Shown here piece after piece: positions 9,880 to 18,794 of a DNA stretch of 64,000 nt. Both the position numbers and the translations under genes were made by a program. Each line of letters opens with the position of its first letter. Position 1 is the stretch's first letter. The DNA comes from an uncultured Candidatus Saccharibacteria bacterium (lineage in GTDB: Bacteria; Patescibacteriota; Doudnabacteria; UBA920): NCBI GenBank assembly GCA_964512925.1, contig CAZEKH010000005.1, forward strand, positions 4,325 to 68,324. Reading direction: 5' to 3'. The notes beneath the pieces were generated by a model. The model made no database searches and was not told the DNA's origin. It saw only the letters and a list, made by a program, of their open reading frames with translations.

Positions 9880-12555
9880 ATGTTCTGGCACCAACTTACA
9901 AAAACACAGTTAGAAAATGAACTTAAAACTAATTTTGAAACAGGACTTACTTCTGAAGAAGCGCAGGTTAGGCTTAAAAAATATGGGCTAAATGCTTTGC
10001 CCGAGGCGCCGAGAGAAACTTGGCTGACAGTCTTTTTATCCCAGTTTAAAAGCCCCTTAATATATATGCTAGTGGCTTGTTCACTGGTAGTTTTTTTACT
10101 TGGGGACTCGGCTGATGCCGGGATTATTTTGGTTGTGCTGATAATTAACGCGCTTATAGGCGCGTACCAGGAAGGTAAAAGCGGAAAAATACTGGAATCT
10201 CTAAAAAAATTGTCAAAGGCTGAAGCAACGGTTTTAAGGGATGGGCGCAAAGAAGTGGTGCAAGAGCAGTTGGTGGTGCCCGGCGATATTATGCTTCTCT
10301 CAGAAGGGCAAAAAATTGTAGCTGACGGCAGAGTCATCTTTAGTAGCAGCTTGGGTATGGACGAGTCTATGCTGACAGGGGAGTCCGGTTCAGTGATGAA
10401 AAATGAAGCTGTGTTGGCAGAAGAAGTTTTAAGCGCGGCGCAGAAGCATAATATGGTGTTTAAAGGCACAAATGTGTTAACCGGAGACGGTAAGGCTGTG
10501 GCAGTGGCAACAGGACAAAAAACGGAAATGGGCAAGATAGCCCAAAGTTTGATGCTGCCTCCTGAAGAAATTCCGCTACAAAAAAATATCCGGGCATTTT
10601 CCGAACTTTTGGTAAAAGTGGTTTCCGTGATCGGGGTTTTGGTTTTTGTTTTCGGCTTGCTGATAGGCCGGGATGCAAGGGAAATGTTTTCTTTGGTCGT
10701 GTCGTTGACGGTTTCTACCATTCCCGAAGGGTTGCCTTTGGTTTTAACCGTGATCTTGGCAACGGGCGTGTACAGGATGAGCAAAAAAAATGCTTTGGTA
10801 AAAAAGATGCAGGCTGTAGAAGCCCTGGGCCAGGCGGAAGTTATTGCCGTGGACAAGACCGGGACCATCACCAAAAACGAAATGATAGTAAAAAAACTTT
10901 TTTTAGGCGATAGGATTTATGAGGTTAGCGGGAGCGGCTATGAGCCGCAAGGCGGGGTGATGCTTGCCGGTGAAAGCAAAAATCACGATGAAGATGTTTT
11001 GTGGGCTGCGGTTTTGGGTTCTTTATCAACCAAAGGCGAAGCGATTTTTCAAGAAAACGAGAGTGTTTATAAAGTGGTGGGCGATCCGACCGAGGCGGCT
11101 GTTTCTGTGTTTGGCTCCAAATTGGGCAAAAGCAGAAGAGATCTTTTGACGGTTTTTAAGGAAGTGGAAGAAATACCTTTTGATTATAAAAACAAGTATC
11201 GGGCTGTGTATTTTGAGCACGGCGGAAAATATTTATGCGCGGTTTTGGGCGCCGCAGAAGTTTTGCATAAAAATAGCGACAAATTTTTATCGGCAGGACA
11301 GCAGAAAAAGATTTCCGCTTTGGAAAGTGAAAAAATAATCGCGGCTGAAGAAGAGTTTGCAGGCAGGGGACTAAGGGCAGTTGCTGTGGGGTATAAATGG
11401 TCGGATAAAAAAGATATAGAAAATGGGATTGTTAATCTTACTTTTGCCGGTATTTTTGGCATAGAAGATTCGGTCCGTCCTGAGGCTTTAGAAGCGGTAA
11501 AAAAAGCCAGGGAGCTTGGCGTAAAAATTGTGATGATAACCGGCGATCATAAGCAAACCGCAAGATCGATAGCCAAGGAAGCAGGGATTTTTTTTGAGGG
11601 TGATGAGATTATAACCGGACAAGAACTTGCCGCCGCCAGCGATGCAAATTTAATATCGCGTCTGGAAAAAACCTCGGTGTTTGCCCGCATTACCCCTGAA
11701 GATAAAATGCGAATAATAAATCTTTACAAGCGGGGCGGTAAGATAGTGGCAATGACCGGAGACGGGGTCAATGACGCTCCGTCTTTAGTAGCGGCTGATT
11801 TAGGCGTGGCAATGGGCAGGATTGGGACTGAGGTAGCCAAGGAAGCCGGGGATATCGTGCTTTTAGATGACAATCTGATGAGCATCGTATCTGCTATTTC
11901 CGAGGGTAGAGTTATGTATCGCAATATAAAAAAGACCTTGCAATTTATTTTCTCCACCGCCTCAGCCGCGCTTTTGACTATTGTGGCTTCTCTGGCTTTC
12001 AATATGCCTCTGCCTGTTTTGGCAGTTCAAATTTTGTGGCTCAATTTGGTTACGGATCCGCTTTTAGGTATTGCTTTGGCTACGGAAAAAAGCGAGCACA
12101 ATGCAGAAATGCGCCTTACAAAAGGCTTTTCTAAACATTTTGTGGACAAGCAGATGGCTATACATATGGTGTTGGTTTCAGTGGTGATGGCAGCTGGCAC
12201 TTTGTATTTATTTAACGTGTATAGACCGGTAAACGAAACTCTCGCGAGGTCGGTTGCGTTGACTGCATTGTGCGCTTTTCAGTGGGTAAATGCTTTTAAC
12301 TGCCGGTTTTTAGAACGCAGTATTTTGAGTGTTAGAATTTTCTCAAATAAACTTGTTTGGCTAGCATTTTTTATGAATATCGGCCTGCAGATTTTTGCTT
12401 TACATACCCCGTTTATGCAAAAAATATTAAAAACCCAAGGCCTCGGCAGCAGGGAATGGGTTTTTATAGCAGTTATATCTCTGGTTATAATTATATTGGA
12501 TGAAATTAGAAAATATTTTGTCAGAAGGCCTTACCGCAAAGTCGCGACTGTGTGA
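9880..12555 (+). CDS. P-type cation-transporting ATPase (type II, Ca2+-like)
   Basis: LTGES, IPEGL, DKTGT, GDPTE, MITGD, TGDGVND and LWLNLVTD motifs. Confidence 0.95.
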   Translation: MFWHQLTKTQLENELKTNFETGLTSEEAQVRLKKYGLNALPEAPRETWLTVFLSQFKSPLIYMLVACSLVVFLLGDSADAGIILVVLIINALIGAYQEGKSGKILESLKKLSKAEATVLRDGRKEVVQEQLVVPGDIMLLSEGQKIVADGRVIFSSSLGMDESMLTGESGSVMKNEAVLAEEVLSAAQKHNMVFKGTNVLTGDGKAVAVATGQKTEMGKIAQSLMLPPEEIPLQKNIRAFSELLVKVVSVIGVLVFVFGLLIGRDAREMFSLVVSLTVSTIPEGLPLVLTVILATGVYRMSKKNALVKKMQAVEALGQAEVIAVDKTGTITKNEMIVKKLFLGDRIYEVSGSGYEPQGGVMLAGESKNHDEDVLWAAVLGSLSTKGEAIFQENESVYKVVGDPTEAAVSVFGSKLGKSRRDLLTVFKEVEEIPFDYKNKYRAVYFEHGGKYLCAVLGAAEVLHKNSDKFLSAGQQKKISALESEKIIAAEEEFAGRGLRAVAVGYKWSDKKDIENGIVNLTFAGIFGIEDSVRPEALEAVKKARELGVKIVMITGDHKQTARSIAKEAGIFFEGDEIITGQELAAASDANLISRLEKTSVFARITPEDKMRIINLYKRGGKIVAMTGDGVNDAPSLVAADLGVAMGRIGTEVAKEAGDIVLLDDNLMSIVSAISEGRVMYRNIKKTLQFIFSTASAALLTIVASLAFNMPLPVLAVQILWLNLVTDPLLGIALATEKSEHNAEMRLTKGFSKHFVDKQMAIHMVLVSVVMAAGTLYLFNVYRPVNETLARSVALTALCAFQWVNAFNCRFLERSILSVRIFSNKLVWLAFFMNIGLQIFALHTPFMQKILKTQGLGSREWVFIAVISLVIIILDEIRKYFVRRPYRKVATV

Positions 12556-12660
12556 TATGTAGCGCGCCTCTTGTTTCAGAGTAAATGTTCTGTAGTGTTT
12601 CGTACGAGACCTTGTTTCATTTCATTATACTCGGTATGGCAAATAGTTCTTAAGATCTAT

Positions 12661-13218
12661 TTACTTTTTTATTGAGAATTTTTTATTCAGCCAGATTTCG
12701 CCAAGTATCCAAACCACCAAAAAAACACTGATTAAAGGGAGAATGATTTGAAAAGGCGAATTTGGCCAGGAAATGTTATGAGCGATATGGCGGTGGATGA
12801 AGCCGATGAACAAAGCTCCCCACCAGCCCGTTTGGGAGATGGCTGTGGTGAGGAAAATTCTAAATCTGAAAATTTTTGACAAGTTTTCATATTCTGAGGC
12901 TTTGCTCAAGCCTTTTTTTATCAGGTGCAGAAATATGCCATTTAAACCTAAGAGCGCAACTAAGAAAAGTTTAACCCAAGTGAGGTTGTCTATATATCCT
13001 TTAAGATAGATCAGATTAACTCCTGAAACCACCATTCCAAGCCAGCCGGCCCATATGAGGGGTTGGGTGATGGCAGCGGTTTTTTTCACTCTATCCAGTG
13101 AAATTTTTTTCCTCAGCATTAAAATTCCGGTGGCGTCTATAACCATAACTGAACCAAAACCTAAAATCAGGAAAGTTAAGTGGAAAAAAAGCGCGATATA
13201 AAAATGTAAAGAATCCAT
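12661..13218 (-). CDS. Hypothetical membrane protein (about 5 TM)
   Basis: 185-aa hydrophobic ORF with its own divergent upstream region. Confidence 0.7.
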   Translation of the reverse strand: MDSLHFYIALFFHLTFLILGFGSVMVIDATGILMLRKKISLDRVKKTAAITQPLIWAGWLGMVVSGVNLIYLKGYIDNLTWVKLFLVALLGLNGIFLHLIKKGLSKASEYENLSKIFRFRIFLTTAISQTGWWGALFIGFIHRHIAHNISWPNSPFQIILPLISVFLVVWILGEIWLNKKFSIKK

Positions 13219-13268
13219 AGTTTATTTTTATTTTTCAGTTAATAATGGTATAATTATACCATAAATTT

Positions 13269-14732
13269 ATGGTTCAATCTGATTTGCATAAAGAAAAAGA
13301 AATATTAGAACCGACTGTACTGACGATTTTTGGCGCGACCGGGGATTTGTCTGCGGACTACTTGATCCCGACTATTTTTCATATGCATATTGAAGGGTTG
13401 TTGCCTAAAGATTTTAGGCTGGTTGCGGTGGGACGGAGAGATTTGACAGCTAAAACTTATCTGGATTTCATACTCAAAAAGTCAGCTGTGTTAAAAAATG
13501 TTACAGAGAAGCAAAAAAAGGCAATTTTAAAATTTTTAGAATACTATCAAGGCGATTTTGAGAAGCCGGAAAGCTTTTCCGGGCTAAATGAAGTTTTGTC
13601 AGCCCGGGAAAAACCGGCGCACAGGTGTTATAACCGACTTTACTATTTTGCCACCAGCCCGCAGCAGTTTTCCGGCATTGTTCATATTTTAAAAAACTTC
13701 GGTTTGTTGACGGCGTGCGCCGGGCACAAGCGGCAGGTTAGGGTTTTGGTTGAAAAGCCTTTTGGGTTTAACTTAAAGTCAGCCCAGGTTTTAAATCAGC
13801 TCCTTTTAAAGTATTTCTCCGAAGACCAAATATACCGCATTGACCACTATTTGGGCAAAGAAACGGTGCAGAATTTGATGGTGGTGAGATTTGCCAACAG
13901 TATTTTTGAACCTTTATGGAACCGTAGCCATATTGACCATATTCAGCTAAGTGTGGTTTATGACGATACGGTCAAAAATCGGGCTGAATATTTTGACCAG
14001 GCCGGGATAGTGCGGGATATTGTGCAAAATCATCTTTTACAAATGCTGGTTTTGATGACAATGGACGAGCCTAGGGAATTAACCGCTTCGCATATACGCG
14101 ATGAAAAACTTAAAATTTTAAACAGTTTAAGATCTTTTACCGGCGAGAGTTTAAAAACCGACTTGGTCAGAGGACAGTACGAAGGCTATATCAAAGATGT
14201 AAAAAATCTCGGAAGTCAAACTGAAACTTTTTTGGCAGCCAAAATGTTTATTGATTCGCCGCGCTGGCAGGATGTGCCTATTTATATAAAAACCGGAATG
14301 GCGATGAAGAAAAAAATCACGGAAATTTCAGTGCATTTTAAAGAACCGGTCAGATGTTTGTTTCAAGGGTGCGCTTCAAATGTGCTAACTTTTCGCATTC
14401 AGCCCGACGAATCTGTACGTTTAAGGCTTAACAACAAAATTCCGGGGTTTGGGATCAAGTTGCACCAAGGAGAGTATGAGTTTGGCTACAAAGAGGCATT
14501 TTTTACGGAAATTCCTCCCGCTTATGAGAGGCTACTTCTAGATTTTATGCAGGGCGATCAACGTTTGTTTATCCGTTCAGACGAAATTGAGGCTGCCTGG
14601 AAGTTTGTAGACAGCATTACGGAAAAATGGCAGTCATTGCCGTTGTATAAATATAAGAAAAAAAGTTCGGGTTTTTCTGAAGCTGAAGAACTAATAAAAA
14701 AAGATTTAAGGGATTGGCATACTAAACTATAA
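13269..14732 (+). CDS. zwf: Glucose-6-phosphate 1-dehydrogenase
   Basis: FGATGDL, EKPFG, RIDHYLGKE, RDIVQNHLLQ and AYERLL motifs. Confidence 0.96.
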   Translation: MVQSDLHKEKEILEPTVLTIFGATGDLSADYLIPTIFHMHIEGLLPKDFRLVAVGRRDLTAKTYLDFILKKSAVLKNVTEKQKKAILKFLEYYQGDFEKPESFSGLNEVLSAREKPAHRCYNRLYYFATSPQQFSGIVHILKNFGLLTACAGHKRQVRVLVEKPFGFNLKSAQVLNQLLLKYFSEDQIYRIDHYLGKETVQNLMVVRFANSIFEPLWNRSHIDHIQLSVVYDDTVKNRAEYFDQAGIVRDIVQNHLLQMLVLMTMDEPRELTASHIRDEKLKILNSLRSFTGESLKTDLVRGQYEGYIKDVKNLGSQTETFLAAKMFIDSPRWQDVPIYIKTGMAMKKKITEISVHFKEPVRCLFQGCASNVLTFRIQPDESVRLRLNNKIPGFGIKLHQGEYEFGYKEAFFTEIPPAYERLLLDFMQGDQRLFIRSDEIEAAWKFVDSITEKWQSLPLYKYKKKSSGFSEAEELIKKDLRDWHTKL

Positions 14733-14751
14733 AATATTAATTATAAATCCA

Positions 14752-15945
14752 ATGGATTCACAAAATAACAATGTTTCCTCTGAGATGCAGGTAAATACTA
14801 ATCCGGAAATTGTAGCTCCAAACAAAAGTCGGTCTGTTAAGCTGATTGGAGCTGTGCTACTGCTTTTAGCTTTAGCAGGCGGCGCTTACGCGTATATTTT
14901 TAGTCCAAGCCGGGTTTGGTCAAAATTTGTTGCCGGATCGGCAATGCGGCAGGATTCTATGAAATCCAGTTTTTTGTTTTCATATTCTGATTCAGAAGAT
15001 GAAAAGTCGGAATTAGCAGAACCGGAGGCATCTTGGCTTAAAAATGTGAATTTTTCTTTGGCCGGCAACGGCTATCAGAGTTCCAAGGATTTAAACAATC
15101 CTCAGCTGGATATGAATTTTACATATAAATTGGGTAGTGGAAACAGTAATTTTTCCACGGGTATGAGAGTTTTAATGTTAAATCGGAATATTTATTTAAA
15201 TATCCAAGACAATCCATTGTTTATGGCTTTGGGCGGGATGGCTCAGGATGGAAAAAAATACGATTGGGTAAAAATGGATATTGAAGCGATGCAAAAAATG
15301 GCAGAAGAAGAAAATCCAGACAAGCCAAAAATGGATTTTGATTTTCAAAAGCAGGTTTTGGAATATCAGCAGGTTTTGTCCAAGCATATGCCGGGCGTTG
15401 TAACAACGGAGAAATTTTTAGGTAGAGAAAAAATTTCCGGCGTTCAGACATTGCATTTTAAAAACAAGGTTGATGGGGAAAAAATGCAAAATTTAGTTAA
15501 TGAATTATTTGCCGCTATGCTAAATCAGGTCTCGCAAAATACCGAAGTTTCTGCTGAAGAAAAGGAAAAAGCCAAAAAAACATTTGGCCAGGTGATGCAG
15601 GTGGTGGGTGAAAAGGGAAAAATTTTAAATTTAGAAACCTGGGTTGGGGCTAAAGACGGCAAGTTGTATAAGTTAAAGCTTGAGTCAAACGCCCCGTCTT
15701 TAAAGTCGCTTCTTTCCAGCCAAAACAACAATTCCGACTCCTCTTTGAGTCCCGAAGAGGAAGTTTTAGCGGCATTTAGGGCAGTAGAGTTTTCCGGTAA
15801 ATTCAGTTTTGAACAGGAAAATTCTGAATATGGCATAGAAAGGGAAATAAAAGAGCCTGATAATTTTATGGATTTGGTTGAGGTTTTAAGAAAGCAGCGA
15901 ACTCAATTTCAAGCGCCAGCCGGAGAAGGTTTGAGGGTTAACTGA
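14752..15945 (+). CDS. Membrane-anchored hypothetical protein
   Basis: Single N-terminal TM followed by a large soluble domain. Confidence 0.7.
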   Translation: MDSQNNNVSSEMQVNTNPEIVAPNKSRSVKLIGAVLLLLALAGGAYAYIFSPSRVWSKFVAGSAMRQDSMKSSFLFSYSDSEDEKSELAEPEASWLKNVNFSLAGNGYQSSKDLNNPQLDMNFTYKLGSGNSNFSTGMRVLMLNRNIYLNIQDNPLFMALGGMAQDGKKYDWVKMDIEAMQKMAEEENPDKPKMDFDFQKQVLEYQQVLSKHMPGVVTTEKFLGREKISGVQTLHFKNKVDGEKMQNLVNELFAAMLNQVSQNTEVSAEEKEKAKKTFGQVMQVVGEKGKILNLETWVGAKDGKLYKLKLESNAPSLKSLLSSQNNNSDSSLSPEEEVLAAFRAVEFSGKFSFEQENSEYGIEREIKEPDNFMDLVEVLRKQRTQFQAPAGEGLRVN

Positions 15946-15950
15946 TTTTT

Positions 15951-16721
15951 ATGAAAATTGACGATACTTCATGGGGCAAAGTCGCAAGTTGGTATGATCA
16001 GCTGGTAGGTGATCCTGATTCCTACCAGGCAAAAGTCATCACGCCTAACTTGTTACGTGTTTTGAGTATAAAAAAGCGCGAAAAATTTTTAGACTTGGGC
16101 TGCGGCCAGGGTTTTTTTGCCAGATTGGCTTCTAAAGAAGGCGCAGAAGTTACAGGAGTGGATATTGCCGCAGAGCTGGTTCAGATAGCAAAAAAAAGCG
16201 CTGGCAAAAATGAAAAATATTTTGTTTCATCTGCGGATCAGCTAGGTTTTTTGCAGGACAAAATATTTGATTGCGCGGCAATTGTTTTAGCTTTGCAAAA
16301 TATAAAAAATTTGTCCGGCGCTTTAGCCGAAGTTTCCCGGGTCCTAAAGCCCGGTGGCAGACTGGCGGTGGTTTTAAACCACCCAACTTTCCGCGTTCCA
16401 GGCAAATCTGCTTGGGGTTTTGACCAGGCCAGAGGCTTGCAATACCGCAGGGTTGACAGTTATCTGTCAGAATTTTCCAAAGAAATAGATATGCATCCGG
16501 GCAAAGACTTGCCGCGTCCAAAAAAATATACCTATTCATTTCATAGGCCTTTGCAGGTGTATTTCAAAGAGTTTGTTAAAAACGGTTTTGTTGTTACAAG
16601 GCTGGAAGAATGGGTTTCCCATAAAAAGTCAGACAGCGGGCCGAAAGCCGCAGCTGAAAATCAAGCCAGAAAAGAGTTTCCTTTGTTTATGTGTTTAGAA
16701 TTAAGAAAAATTAAATTTTAA
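15951..16721 (+). CDS. Class I SAM-dependent methyltransferase
   Basis: LDLGCGQG, VTGVD and RVLKPGG motifs. Confidence 0.9.
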   Translation: MKIDDTSWGKVASWYDQLVGDPDSYQAKVITPNLLRVLSIKKREKFLDLGCGQGFFARLASKEGAEVTGVDIAAELVQIAKKSAGKNEKYFVSSADQLGFLQDKIFDCAAIVLALQNIKNLSGALAEVSRVLKPGGRLAVVLNHPTFRVPGKSAWGFDQARGLQYRRVDSYLSEFSKEIDMHPGKDLPRPKKYTYSFHRPLQVYFKEFVKNGFVVTRLEEWVSHKKSDSGPKAAAENQARKEFPLFMCLELRKIKF

Positions 16722-16734
16722 AGAGTTAACCCAG

Positions 16735-17067
16735 ATGGAAAGTGAAGCATTTGAGAGTACAATATCCCCAGAGCGAATAAAAGAGATTACTAACTTGGCT
16801 GATACAGATTGTAAAAAATTATATCAAGTGGTTTTGTCAAAGCTAAATTTGAAAAAAATGCCTGCTGGAATTTTTGAAAAAATACAGATGGAAAACGGGC
16901 AAGTTGTATTTTTACCAAGTATATACAATGTTAATGTGGATTTTCATCAAACTGCTTTTGGAATAATTTCAGAATCAACAAGATCTATGAATCAGCCCGA
17001 AGCTGCTATGTATATAAATCAATTTAATTATTTTGTGAATTTAGGTTGGCCGAGAAACATTCATTGA
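16735..17067 (+). CDS. AT-rich orphan protein
   Basis: 110-aa ORF tightly packed in the operon. Confidence 0.55.
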   Translation: MESEAFESTISPERIKEITNLADTDCKKLYQVVLSKLNLKKMPAGIFEKIQMENGQVVFLPSIYNVNVDFHQTAFGIISESTRSMNQPEAAMYINQFNYFVNLGWPRNIH

Positions 17068-17072
17068 CGAAT

Positions 17073-17354
17073 ATGAATATTGAACAAGAAATTGAAAAAA
17101 TCACTCAGCGGAATAAAAGGGTTGAAGAAGATAAAGCCTGGGAGACCAGTTTTTTTAGACGGGGATTTATAGCGGTTATTACTTATTTAGCTGCCTGGTC
17201 GTGGCTTATGCTGATTCACGAGCCGCTTTCTTTCCTAAAAGCTTTGGTTCCGGTGTTCGGTTTTTTAATTTCCACTTTTTCTTTGCCAATTTTAAAATCC
17301 AGATGGATAAAAAATCAACTTTCCAATTCGCGCGAATTGGAAAGTGAAAGGTAA
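17073..17354 (+). CDS. Small 2-TM membrane protein (RNKRVE.DKAWETS)
   Basis: ATG at 17073 lies just after the previous stop; two hydrophobic helices. Confidence 0.65.
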   Translation: MNIEQEIEKITQRNKRVEEDKAWETSFFRRGFIAVITYLAAWSWLMLIHEPLSFLKALVPVFGFLISTFSLPILKSRWIKNQLSNSRELESER

Positions 17355-17358
17355 ACCT

Positions 17359-17886
17359 ATGGAAATCGCAGTATTTGGCGGGGGGTGTTTCTGGTGTACG
17401 GAAGCCATTTTTCAAAATCTAAAAGGCGTGTCAAAAGTCTTGCCTGGCTACGCAGGCGGGCAAAAACCCAATCCCACTTATGAAGAAGTCTGTGGCGGGA
17501 ATACCGGGTATGTGGAAGTTATTTATATTGAGTTTGATCCTGAATTTATAACATTTCTGGATCTTTTAAATGTATTTTTTGCCACGCACAATCCTACAAC
17601 TTTAAATAGGCAGGGAAATGATATAGGGGAGCAGTATGCTTCTGTGGTTTTTTACGCTAACGAAATTCAGAAAACAACAGCGGAAGAATATATAAAAAAA
17701 TTAAATCATGAGAAAACTTTTGACCAGGATATAGTGACAACAGTCAGACCTTTGGATAAGTTTTATGAAGCGGAAAATTACCATAAAAATTATTTTTTAC
17801 AAAACCAAAACCAGCCTTACTGCCAGGCAATTATCTCCCCCAAAGTCGCCAAATTCCGCCAAAAATTCACGCATTTGTTGAAATAA
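17359..17886 (+). CDS. msrA: Peptide methionine sulfoxide reductase MsrA
   Basis: GGGCFWC, GYAGG, NRQGND.G.QY and AENYH motifs. Confidence 0.96.
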   Translation: MEIAVFGGGCFWCTEAIFQNLKGVSKVLPGYAGGQKPNPTYEEVCGGNTGYVEVIYIEFDPEFITFLDLLNVFFATHNPTTLNRQGNDIGEQYASVVFYANEIQKTTAEEYIKKLNHEKTFDQDIVTTVRPLDKFYEAENYHKNYFLQNQNQPYCQAIISPKVAKFRQKFTHLLK

Positions 17887-17892
17887 GGAGCA

Positions 17893-17921
17893 TTTACAAA
17901 GTGTTTGAAATAGGGTATAAT
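17893..17921 (+). promoter_or_regulatory. Sigma70-type promoter for rpsO
   Basis: TTTACA-N17-TATAAT. Confidence 0.65.
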
Positions 17922-17943
17922 CTTTAGGTAAAAATTTATTAAC

Positions 17944-17997
17944 TACGGATGAGTCTGTAATGCGGCATACAGAAACTGCGCCGCAATTCATCTCGTA
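17944..17997 (+). promoter_or_regulatory. Structured rpsO leader (putative S15 autoregulatory pseudoknot)
   Basis: CTGTA/TACAG stem whose loop TGCGGC is complementary to downstream GCCGCA, enclosed by GATGA/TCATC. Confidence 0.55.
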
Positions 17998-18011
17998 AAA
18001 AGGAATTTGGT

Positions 18012-18287
18012 ATGTTAACACCCAAGGAAAAGAACGCGATCATTAAAAAGTTTCAAACTCATAAGGACGATACTGGCAGCCCGCAGGTTCAGGCAGCCAT
18101 ATTGACCGAAGAAATCGCCCGCGTATCCGAGCATTTAAAAGAACACAGAAAAGACAACCATTCCAGAAGGGGACTTTTGAAAATGGTAGGTAACCGCAGA
18201 CGCTTGCTTCGCTATTTGAAAAACGAAGACGAAAAAGCTTATTTGAAACTTATGGATAAGTTAAAATTAAAAGTAGCGGCTGAATAA
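18012..18287 (+). CDS. rpsO: 30S ribosomal protein S15
   Basis: DTGSP.VQ.A.LT and [23 protein letters not shown] motifs. Confidence 0.98.
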   Translation: MLTPKEKNAIIKKFQTHKDDTGSPQVQAAILTEEIARVSEHLKEHRKDNHSRRGLLKMVGNRRRLLRYLKNEDEKAYLKLMDKLKLKVAAE

Positions 18288-18288
18288 A

Positions 18289-18690
18289 ATGGATTTGCAA
18301 AATATAAATACGGAAAATTTTGAAAAAAAATGGCTGAAGCTTTCAAGGCAAATTTGCCAGGCTATATATGTTAAGCCCGAAGCCCAGGAACTCAAAGCCA
18401 GCCTTCAGAAAAACGGATTTTTAAGCCTTGAAGAAAAAAGCAAATTTATAGATATTTGCGACAAGGTAAAATATGAAGTTATAGAAACCGAGTTTGGCAA
18501 GGAAGGGACTGAAGGCTATGTGGCTTTTAGCGCCGCCTGGAGGGAGTGGTTTCAGGACAAAGGTGTGGAAAGCCAAAAAAACAGAAGCCAGCGCGACAGT
18601 GTGGACCATATAATGTTTGGCAGCACCCCCGACCCGGAACAGTTTCTAATGCATTTTGAACAGGAAATCTTAGGAAGTATGAAAGAATAA
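18289..18690 (+). CDS. Hypothetical protein
   Basis: 133-aa ORF starting 1 nt after the rpsO stop and followed by a terminator. Confidence 0.65.
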   Translation: MDLQNINTENFEKKWLKLSRQICQAIYVKPEAQELKASLQKNGFLSLEEKSKFIDICDKVKYEVIETEFGKEGTEGYVAFSAAWREWFQDKGVESQKNRSQRDSVDHIMFGSTPDPEQFLMHFEQEILGSMKE

Positions 18691-18716
18691 AAAATTCCCC
18701 TTTAAAGGGGAATTTT
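18691..18716. terminator. Bidirectional terminator
   Basis: Perfect palindrome AAAATTCCCCTTTAAAGGGGAATTTT between convergent genes. Confidence 0.75.
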
Positions 18717-18755
18717 ATTTTATACACAGACACAAATTTTAGAGACTGTTAAATA

Positions 18756-18789
18756 ATTATTCTGACATTCTTGAGAATGTCAGAATAAT
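18756..18789. repeat. 34-bp near-perfect palindrome
   Basis: ATTATTCTGACATTCT-TG-AGAATGTCAGAATAAT. Confidence 0.75.
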
Positions 18790-18794
18790 GTGGA

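Noticed and set aside
9870-10874. 334-aa minus-strand ORF and similar antisense ORFs over typA, pnp, rpsL, fusA and tuf
   Set aside because: These are shadow frames of well-supported genes on the opposite strand and have no recognisable motifs.
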